NCBI GenBank assembly: GCA_041288095.1
Contig: JBGGMJ010000156.1
Location: 1-19,056 of the forward strand
Reading direction: 5' to 3'
DNA from: Myxococcota bacterium
Lineage (GTDB): Bacteria; Myxococcota; XYA12-FULL-58-9; JALHOP01
DNA: 19,056 bases
Part shown: positions 1-6,834 of the stretch, one piece after another
Layout of the letters: each line of letters starts with the position of its first letter
Position numbering within the stretch: position 1 is the stretch's first letter
Position numbers and translations under genes: made by a program
The notes under the pieces: generated by a model
Database searches by the model: none
What the model was told of the DNA's origin: nothing
The model's input: the letters and a program-made list of their open reading frames with translations, nothing else

Positions 1-486
1 TCACCGTTGCTGGCCGATGCCTTGAAGCACCGCCTGCGTACGACACGCGAGCGCATCCTCGGGCTGGTGGCGCTCCTCGGACGCGACGCCTCCGTCGACG
101 CGGCGATCCGTAACCTCGCCAGCAGCAAGGCGGCGGTGCGCGGCAACGCCCTCGAGGTCCTCGACAACCTGCTCGAGAAGGACGACAAGAATTTGGTGAT
201 CCCGGTCGTCGATGACACCACCGTCGAGCAGAAGCTCGAGATCGCGGCGAGCGCGTTCAAGCTGCCGCGGCTATCGCGCGATGCCCGCGTCAAGACCCTG
301 CTCACCAGCGGCGACACCTGGCTCGTCACCTGCTCCGCTATCGCGGCCGCCGACATGGGCATTCAGTCTCTCATCAGTGATGTCGAAGCCGCGCGTGAAA
401 GCGCCGACCAAGTGTGCCGCGAAGCAGCCATGCTCGCGGTTGCCCGGCTCAACGCCAAGCGGCCTTCCATGAACGTAGCGAGTTGA
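1..486 (+). CDS. C-terminal part of a HEAT/ARM-repeat protein, 5'-truncated by the window edge. It resembles the HEAT region of membrane transporter-HEAT fusion proteins.
   Basis: The frame is open from base 1 to TGA at 484-486. HEAT-like helical repeats: 'VRGNALEVLDNLL', 'DTWLVTCSAIAA', 'VCREAAMLAVARL'. Codon usage matches the neighbours. Confidence 0.7.
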   Translation, partial: SPLLADALKHRLRTTRERILGLVALLGRDASVDAAIRNLASSKAAVRGNALEVLDNLLEKDDKNLVIPVVDDTTVEQKLEIAASAFKLPRLSRDARVKTLLTSGDTWLVTCSAIAAADMGIQSLISDVEAARESADQVCREAAMLAVARLNAKRPSMNVAS

Positions 487-490
487 TTCC

Positions 491-2491
491 ATGAAGCTCC
501 GTAGTCTCGGTCTCGTCGTCCTCGTACTCGGCAGCACCGTGAGCTGCACACGCCCGAATCAGCAGGTGAAGGTGCCACCGCCCGACGGCGCGGGTCCCGA
601 GCGCCCGAAGCCGCCATCCGCCGACGAGGAGACGCAAGCGCAGGCGGCGAGCGCGCAAGGCAAGAGCGACGAGGTCCTCCAGAGGTACCCCGGCACGAGC
701 GCCGCCGCCGACATCTACATCGCGCGTGGCCGTGCCGCCGAAGCGGCGAACAAGACCGACGAAGCCATCACCAACTACGAGAAGCTCCTCTACTATCGCC
801 CGACCCATCCGGGCGTGGACGCCATCCGCGAGCCCTACGCGAAGCTCCTCATTCAAGCCGGCCGGCACGCCGACGCGGCCACGGTCTTGCAGCCGATGTA
901 CAAGAACGGCGCCTCCGCCGATCAGGCCAGGCTCGCGAGCATGCTCGCCGAGGCGTTACGCGGCTCGGGTCAAGGCGCGCGCGCCGTCGAGCTCTACGTC
1001 GACCTCAAGAACCAACAGGCGGCCCTCGACACCGTGGCAAGCGGCTTGTCGGTCAAGGACTCCGAGCGCGTTTGGAAGGATCACCAGAGCGATCCCGCTT
1101 ACGAGTTCCTGCACGCCGCCATGGCCTTCAAGCTCGCCAAGATGTACCTGCATGTCCGCGATTACGAACACGCGAACGAGATGGCGCAACTCGTCACGAG
1201 TCGCTTCGGCACGAGCCCATACGCGGCGCAGGCGCAAACGCTCATCGACGGTTTGAAGGCTCGGAGCCGCGTCAACCCGAAGGTCATCGGCGCGGTCCTG
1301 CCGCTCTCCGGAAAGTTCCAGCAATACGGCGAGCGCGCGGCCAAGGCGCTCGACATGGCGCTGACGCGAGCCGGCTTCGAGCTGGTAGTGAAGGACAGCA
1401 AGGGTGATCCATTGCTCGCCGGCAAAGCCGTCGAGGAGCTGGTCCTCAAGAACAACGCCATCGCGGTCATCGGCGACATGTTCTCGGCGCCCGCGCTCGC
1501 CGCGGCGCAGAAGGCCGAAGAGCTCGGCGTGCCGATCTTGAGCCTGTCGTACGCCGAAGGCATCCCCGAGGTTGGCAGCTACACGTTCCGCGCGGCGCTC
1601 ACCGTCGAGGCCCAGGCAAAGGGCCTAGTCAAAGTCGCGATGGAACAGATGGGAATGCAGCGCTTCGCGCTCTTCTATCCCCGCACGTCCTACGGTGTCG
1701 CGTTCACCACGGCCTTCTGGCGCGAGGTCGAGGCAAAGGGCGGTGAGATTCGCGGTGCGCAGCCTTACGACTACGACCAGACGACCTTTAGCGAGCCCGC
1801 GAGCAAGCTGGTCGGCCGCTACTACCGCGGTGCCCGTCACGACTATTACACGTCGGTGCAGGAGCTGCGTGACCAAGGTCTCACCGGGCAACGCTTGCAG
1901 TCCGCGATCGAGAAGGCGGAGAAGAACCTCAAGCCCGTCGTCGACTTCGACGCTATCGTCATTCCCGACGGCGCCACCAATCTCGGCCTCATCGCGCCGG
2001 CCTTGGCTTACGAAGACATCGTCATGGAGCACGACCAGCGCCGCCTCGAGAAGATGCGCAAGGCGACCAACGACCGCAACCTCAAGCCAATTACCCTGAT
2101 GGGCGGCAGCACCTGGAACACGCCTCAGGTCGTCGAGAAGTGTGAACGCTATTGCGAACAGTCGATCTTCGTCGACGGCTTCTATGCCGCGAGCACCGAT
2201 GCGCGCGTGCGCGACTTCGTATCGGGTTTTCGCGAGAAGACCGGGGCGGAGCCCGTGCTGTCCGATGCGCAGGCCTACGACGCCGCCGGCGTGCTCGTGC
2301 AGATCATGGGCAGCGGGCAAGTCACCGATCGCGAGGCGCTGCGTCGCGCGCTCGAGTCGTTCCCCGGCTACCCCGGCGTCACGGGCACGCTGAAGTTCGA
2401 CACCAACGGTGAGACGATGCGCGATCCGTTCGTGCTCACCATCGAAGACCAAACCATCCAGGTGTGGCACCCGCCGAAGCCGCAGGGTTGA
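491..2491 (+). CDS. LpoA/LppC-like lipoprotein (penicillin-binding protein activator family): N-terminal TPR region plus a C-terminal type I periplasmic-binding-protein fold
   Basis: 666 aa. Signal peptide with a lipobox-like end (MKLRSLGLVVLVLGSTVSC), Pro-rich tether, TPR helices. 'IGAVLPLSGKFQQYG', 'AQAYDAAGVL' and 'YPGVTGTLKFDTNGE' are typical of LppC/Peripla_BP_6 domains. Confidence 0.8.
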   Translation: MKLRSLGLVVLVLGSTVSCTRPNQQVKVPPPDGAGPERPKPPSADEETQAQAASAQGKSDEVLQRYPGTSAAADIYIARGRAAEAANKTDEAITNYEKLLYYRPTHPGVDAIREPYAKLLIQAGRHADAATVLQPMYKNGASADQARLASMLAEALRGSGQGARAVELYVDLKNQQAALDTVASGLSVKDSERVWKDHQSDPAYEFLHAAMAFKLAKMYLHVRDYEHANEMAQLVTSRFGTSPYAAQAQTLIDGLKARSRVNPKVIGAVLPLSGKFQQYGERAAKALDMALTRAGFELVVKDSKGDPLLAGKAVEELVLKNNAIAVIGDMFSAPALAAAQKAEELGVPILSLSYAEGIPEVGSYTFRAALTVEAQAKGLVKVAMEQMGMQRFALFYPRTSYGVAFTTAFWREVEAKGGEIRGAQPYDYDQTTFSEPASKLVGRYYRGARHDYYTSVQELRDQGLTGQRLQSAIEKAEKNLKPVVDFDAIVIPDGATNLGLIAPALAYEDIVMEHDQRRLEKMRKATNDRNLKPITLMGGSTWNTPQVVEKCERYCEQSIFVDGFYAASTDARVRDFVSGFREKTGAEPVLSDAQAYDAAGVLVQIMGSGQVTDREALRRALESFPGYPGVTGTLKFDTNGETMRDPFVLTIEDQTIQVWHPPKPQG

Positions 2492-2494
2492 CGC

Positions 2495-3364
2495 TTGGGG
2501 GTACGCGGACGGCCTTGGGTCAACGTCGTGCTCTTCATCGCGACCTGCTTCACGGTCGCGACCATGCACTTGCCGGTGACCAAGATCGATGATCTGGTCC
2601 GCGACCCGGGGCTGCTGCTCGCCGGCGTGCCCTTTGCCGCGACGTTGATGAGCATTCTCGCGGCTCACGAGATGGGGCACTACCTGACGGCGCGCCGCAA
2701 CGGAGTGCGCCAGACCCTGCCCTATTTCATCCCGGCTCCGACGCGCTTAGGGACCCTGGGCGCGCTCCTCTTCTTGCGCTCGAAGCCACCGAACCGTGGC
2801 GCATTGCTGGATATCGCCGTCATGGGTCCGTACGCCGGCCTCGTGCTCGCGATCCCAGCGGTTGCATGGGGGCTCGCCCATTCGGTCGCCACGACGCAGC
2901 CACCGTCGGACATCCTCCTCGGTGACTCCCTGCTCTTCGGCGCGCTGCGGGCGCTGTTCGTGCCCGAAGCCCGCTACCTTACGCTGCATCCGATGGCCGA
3001 GGCCGGCTGGTACGGGCTGTTCATCACGTCACTCAACCTGATTCCGGCGGCACAGCTGGATGGCGGCCACGTGACCTACGCCATGTTCGGACGCGCCCAC
3101 GGCATGGTCTCGCTCGCCGCGTCGGTGGCGCTGCTGGTGAGTGGAGCCCTGATGCTCGGCATGGATGGCTTGGCGCCGGCGCGGCTCACAGGGGGGTTAT
3201 GGGTGAGCTGGGCCGCTCTCCTCTTGCTATTCAGCGCGGGTCACGCCGAGGTCGCCGATCGCGCGCTGCCGCTATCGCGGGCGCAACGGGTACGTGGGAT
3301 CGGGGCTTTGGTGGCATTTGCCTTGACGTTCATCCCCGTTCCCTTCTTCATCGTTTCGCCGTGA
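2495..3364 (+). CDS. Site-2 protease, M50 family intramembrane zinc metalloprotease
   Basis: HExxH motif 'AHEMGH', 'DIAVMGPYAG' and 'NLIPAAQLDGGH' (NxxPxxxLDG third ligand). Several hydrophobic TM segments. TTG start 3 nt after the upstream stop. Confidence 0.9.
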   Translation: MGVRGRPWVNVVLFIATCFTVATMHLPVTKIDDLVRDPGLLLAGVPFAATLMSILAAHEMGHYLTARRNGVRQTLPYFIPAPTRLGTLGALLFLRSKPPNRGALLDIAVMGPYAGLVLAIPAVAWGLAHSVATTQPPSDILLGDSLLFGALRALFVPEARYLTLHPMAEAGWYGLFITSLNLIPAAQLDGGHVTYAMFGRAHGMVSLAASVALLVSGALMLGMDGLAPARLTGGLWVSWAALLLLFSAGHAEVADRALPLSRAQRVRGIGALVAFALTFIPVPFFIVSP

Positions 3365-5313
3365 CCCAGGTCGCCGAGCTGTTCAATCCCGATGGCCCGC
3401 TGGCGCGAACCCTCGCCGGCTACGAGAGTCGCGTCGAGCAATCGACGGTCGCGGCGCGCATCGCCGCGCACCTGCAACGGTCCGCGCAAGCCTCCGGCCA
3501 CCTGATCATCGAGGCCGGGACCGGCACGGGAAAGACGCTCGCTTACCTCGGGCCGCTCCTCGCCGCCGGCAAGAAGGCGGTGATCTCTACCGGCACCAAG
3601 GCGCTCCAGGACCAGCTCGCCGACAAGGACCTGCCGCTCCTCGCGAAAGCGCTCGGTCGTTCGATCGACTTCCAGGTGATGAAGGGACGCGGGAACTACC
3701 TCTGCATGCTGCGCGCCGAGGAGTACATGAAGGCACCGCCGCTCCCCGGTACGCCGCAGCGGACGGCCTTCGATCGCCTCCGCATCTTCGCGGCTAACAC
3801 GACCGACGGCGATCGCGCCGGGCTGTCCGGGCTCGGCGACGACGCGGTCGAATGGCGTGAAGTCAGCTCGACGTCGGAACAATGCCGGGGCCGCGCCTGT
3901 GCGCATTACGAGCGCTGCCACGTCACCCAGATGCGAAGGCAGGCGCAAACCGCGGAGCTGGTGATCGTCAATCATCACCTCTACTTCGCGGACCTGACAC
4001 TGCGCGCGCGCATGCCCGACGCTCAGGTGACGCTGCTTCCCGAGCACGACGTCGTCGTCTTCGACGAAGCTCACGAGCTCGACGACGTCGCCGCCCAGCA
4101 CTTCGGCGTGCAGGTCTCGGAGCACCGCATCCACGAGCTCTTGCATGACATCGCCCGCGCGGTTCGCCCCGAGCCCGCCATCGTCGCGCGCTTCTCGCGT
4201 ATCGCCGCCGAGATCGAGCTACGCAGCCGTGAGCTCTTCGACGCCTTGCCCTACGAAGACGGACGCGGGCGCATGTCACGCGGCTATGGCGAAGAGGTCC
4301 TGGCGTGCCGCGAGCGACTCGACACGCTGCTCGCGGCGCTCGAGAACGAGCTCGTCGCCAGCAGCCTCGATGATCGCGGCCCCCTCGCGCGCCGCGCCAT
4401 GAACATCGCCGGCGAGCTGGCGTTTTGCGTCGGCGACGTGGCGCGTGCGTCGCTGGTCGCGGAGAACGAAGACGCGCCGGCGGAGACTCCATTCGTCCGC
4501 TATACCGAAATGAACGGCCGCACCCGCGCCTTGGTGGCTCGCCCCATCGATGTCGCCGATCTCTTCGCCTCGCACCTCAAGGCACCAACGGCCGTCTTCG
4601 TCTCGGCGACTTTGCGGGTAGGTGACAGCTTCGGTCACTACAGGGACCGCCTCGGCCTGAACGACGCCCACGAGCTCGCCGTCGGCTCCCCCTTCGACTA
4701 CGGCAACAACGCCGCCCTCTACATCCCGAACGACCTTCCCGAGCCCGACGCTCCGGACTTCGTCGAGCGCGCCACCGCCCGCATCACCGAGCTGGTCAAC
4801 GCCTCCGGCGGCGGAACGTTCGTGCTCTGCACGTCGCACCGCATGCTGCAGATCGTGCGCGCACGTTTGGCGAGCGACACCCTCGTCCTCGTGCAAGGCG
4901 ACTCACCCAAGGCCGAGCTCATCGAACGCTTCCGCCAGGACGGCAACGCCGTACTCCTGGGGACCATGACCTTCTGGAGCGGAGTCGACGTCGCGGGACG
5001 AGCCTTGCGCTCCGTCATCATCGACAAGCTGCCGTTCGCGTCTCCATCGGACCCCCTCGTGGCCGCGCGTGTCGCGCACATGAAGAGCCGCGGTGAAGAT
5101 GCATTCCGCGGCTACCAGCTACCGCAAGCGGCCTTGCTTCTGCGCCAGGGCTTTGGCCGCTTGATCCGTCGCGGCGACGACCGCGGCATGGTCACCATCC
5201 TCGACCGCCGCATCACCCAGAAGAGCTACGGCCGCGTCTTCCTGCGCAGCCTGCCGCCGTGCCCGCGCTTTTCTGACTGGCAGCCGGCGGCCGACTTCCT
5301 CGAGACGCTCTAG
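3361..5313 (+). CDS. dinG: ATP-dependent DNA helicase, DinG/YoaA family, Fe-S cluster type
   Basis: Q motif 'YESRVEQ', Walker A 'EAGTGTGKT', 'KGRGNYLC' plus 'CRGRACAHYERC' (four Fe-S Cys), 'DEAH' box, 'VIIDKLPF', 'QGFGRLIRR'. Start placed at GTG 3361, which overlaps the upstream TGA (GTGA), rather than at 3199. Confidence 0.9.
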   Translation: MTQVAELFNPDGPLARTLAGYESRVEQSTVAARIAAHLQRSAQASGHLIIEAGTGTGKTLAYLGPLLAAGKKAVISTGTKALQDQLADKDLPLLAKALGRSIDFQVMKGRGNYLCMLRAEEYMKAPPLPGTPQRTAFDRLRIFAANTTDGDRAGLSGLGDDAVEWREVSSTSEQCRGRACAHYERCHVTQMRRQAQTAELVIVNHHLYFADLTLRARMPDAQVTLLPEHDVVVFDEAHELDDVAAQHFGVQVSEHRIHELLHDIARAVRPEPAIVARFSRIAAEIELRSRELFDALPYEDGRGRMSRGYGEEVLACRERLDTLLAALENELVASSLDDRGPLARRAMNIAGELAFCVGDVARASLVAENEDAPAETPFVRYTEMNGRTRALVARPIDVADLFASHLKAPTAVFVSATLRVGDSFGHYRDRLGLNDAHELAVGSPFDYGNNAALYIPNDLPEPDAPDFVERATARITELVNASGGGTFVLCTSHRMLQIVRARLASDTLVLVQGDSPKAELIERFRQDGNAVLLGTMTFWSGVDVAGRALRSVIIDKLPFASPSDPLVAARVAHMKSRGEDAFRGYQLPQAALLLRQGFGRLIRRGDDRGMVTILDRRITQKSYGRVFLRSLPPCPRFSDWQPAADFLETL

Positions 5314-5494
5314 GAGTGCTCTAGGGGCAGTCCCTGATTTCGGAGGTGCGCAGGGCGGGGCGATCGCGGTAGGTCCACGACGAGCGGCACATCCGTGAGG
5401 CCCTGCTGTCGTGCTTGAAAGAACGCTCCATAAACCCCCCGCCCGGAGCCTGCCGTCGCCGCTCCACCAAGATGCGCAGCTGTGCAAAGCAGGC

Positions 5495-5527
5495 ATCGGG
5501 TTGCGCGTTGCCGTTGCGCAACCCGAT
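5495..5527. repeat. Perfect 12-bp inverted repeat (hairpin, 9-nt loop)
   Basis: ATCGGGTTGCGC (5495-5506) and GCGCAACCCGAT (5516-5527), read directly. Confidence 0.9.
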
Positions 5528-5586
5528 CTCTAGCCTCGCACGCGCGCGCACTGCGCCCGCGCTCCGGGCAACCTGAATGCGAGGCG

Positions 5587-5629
5587 AAAAAACGGCTAGG
5601 GGGTGGCCTCAATTGAGGACATCCCCTAG
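5587..5629 (-). terminator. Probable intrinsic terminator of the recO-sppA-J-protein operon. The hairpin is bounded by CTAG at both ends.
   Basis: Imperfect palindrome CTAGGGGGTGGCCTCAATTGAGGACATCCCCTAG (5596-5629) overlaps the - strand TAG stop. On the - strand it is followed by CCG and six T (A-run at 5587-5592). Confidence 0.6.
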
Positions 5630-6834
5630 CGCTTGAGGAGCTTGCCCAGCAGGCCACCGCCTTGCGGCGCCTTGGCTAGCTGGTTCTGCACGAAGCGCAG
5701 CTCGCGCTCGGCCTCGCGGTTCTTGGCGTTGAGCTCGAGCGCCTTCTTCAGATGTTTCACGGCGAGGTCGAGCTTGCCTTCCACGCGCGCGATCTTGCCG
5801 AGGTACTCGTAGGCGCTGTCGAGCTTGGGATTCATCTCCAGCGACTTGTTGATCTGCGCGATCGCCTCCGCGGCAGCGGACTCGCCCTTGGCCGCGAAGA
5901 TCGAGTACCCGTGATAGGCGTAGAACTCGGCCTCGCCCTTGTTCATGGCGATGGCTTGCGCGAGCAGGGGCTCGGCGGCGGCGGCCTGGCCGCGGCGCAC
6001 GAAGATCTGCGCCTTGCGGAACAAACCTTCCGCCTCCAGCACGACGTTGACGTCGGTCGGCAGGCCTTGTTTCAGGCGGTCGAGGGTGACGTCGTAGTCG
6101 CCGCGTAGCTGTGGGTCACTCAAGACCTTCTGGGCTTCGTCGGCGCGGCGAAATAGCGCGTCGGCCTGCTCGCGGTGCTCGCCGAGGTCGAGGCCGGCGA
6201 AGCGGTCCGTGTGCCAGCGCTTGGCGTGGTCGAAGTACGCCTTACGGATGTCATCCGCTTTAGCGTTGCGACCGACGCCGAGAAATTCGTAATGGTCTTG
6301 AAGGGCCATCTCGGCGTGCGCGGTGGCGATCTCGAGCAACAGCGCCGGGGGTTTCGCAATCAACGCGCCCAGGACGAACGCGATGACCGTCGCGCGGTCG
6401 TTCGTCATGGTCGTGCCCGGTGGACCGCCGCTGACGCGGGCGATGGGGTCGCGCAAACGGTCGTACTCCGGCGACGGCGAAACCTCCTTGTAGGCTCCAC
6501 TGATGGCGGCGACGTGTGCCGGCGTAAGCCCCCGGCCGAGCTCGACCAAGACTTCGCCCAAGGTGTCGACCGTGGACTCGCCGCTCACGGCGCCTTCGGT
6601 GAGCTCCAGCACGCCATTGTCCGCCAAGGCGAACGCGCGCAAGGTCCTGACGACGGCGGCCCGATCATCGTTCGCCTGGCCCGAGGCGCCAATGGCGCGA
6701 ACCGGCCGTCCCTGCGCGAGCTCGAGAGCATACGCCTTGCCCTGGACGGTCCAGGTGAGACGGCCGCTCTTCTTCTGGCGGGCGATGCCGACCAGATCTT
6801 GCGCTCCCAGGCGCGACGGCGAAAGTTGGGTCAG
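5626..6834 (-). CDS. J-domain-like (DnaJ) protein: N-terminal PatA_N/DUF4388-like segment, J-like domain with HTD, C-terminal TPR repeats
   Basis: 'SGRLTWTVQGKAYALELAQGRPVRA' is DUF4388-like. 'DHYEFLGVGRNAKADDIRKAYFDHAKRWHTDRF...AQKVLSDPQLRGDYD' is a J-domain signature. TPRs include 'AYEYLGKIARVEGKLDLAVKHLKKALELNAKN'. Start uncertain: CTG 6834 preferred, GTG 6885 alternative. Confidence 0.8.
   Translation of the reverse strand: MTQLSPSRLGAQDLVGIARQKKSGRLTWTVQGKAYALELAQGRPVRAIGASGQANDDRAAVVRTLRAFALADNGVLELTEGAVSGESTVDTLGEVLVELGRGLTPAHVAAISGAYKEVSPSPEYDRLRDPIARVSGGPPGTTMTNDRATVIAFVLGALIAKPPALLLEIATAHAEMALQDHYEFLGVGRNAKADDIRKAYFDHAKRWHTDRFAGLDLGEHREQADALFRRADEAQKVLSDPQLRGDYDVTLDRLKQGLPTDVNVVLEAEGLFRKAQIFVRRGQAAAAEPLLAQAIAMNKGEAEFYAYHGYSIFAAKGESAAAEAIAQINKSLEMNPKLDSAYEYLGKIARVEGKLDLAVKHLKKALELNAKNREAERELRFVQNQLAKAPQGGGLLGKLLKR

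Noticed and set aside
3199..3360. Extended N-terminus of the DinG ORF as given in the ORF track
   Set aside because: It overlaps the M50 protease by 166 nt and has shadow-frame composition. GTG 3361 gives a standard GTGA coupling and a normal DinG N-terminus.
5425..5460. 'CCCGGAGCCTGCC', reminiscent of the cobalamin riboswitch 3' end; also 'AACCTGA' at 5570, reminiscent of TPP
   Set aside because: The other conserved cores (AGGGAA..GGTG.AA.TCC and GCCACTG; GCTGAGA) are missing, and the region lies between two 3' ends with no downstream gene to regulate.
5310..5657. Small ORFs (76 aa and 115 aa on -) in the structured spacer, considered as a peptide or transposase remnant
   Set aside because: Arg/Ala/Cys-rich composition without DDE or HUH motifs or a clear RBS. 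Not supportable as CDS.
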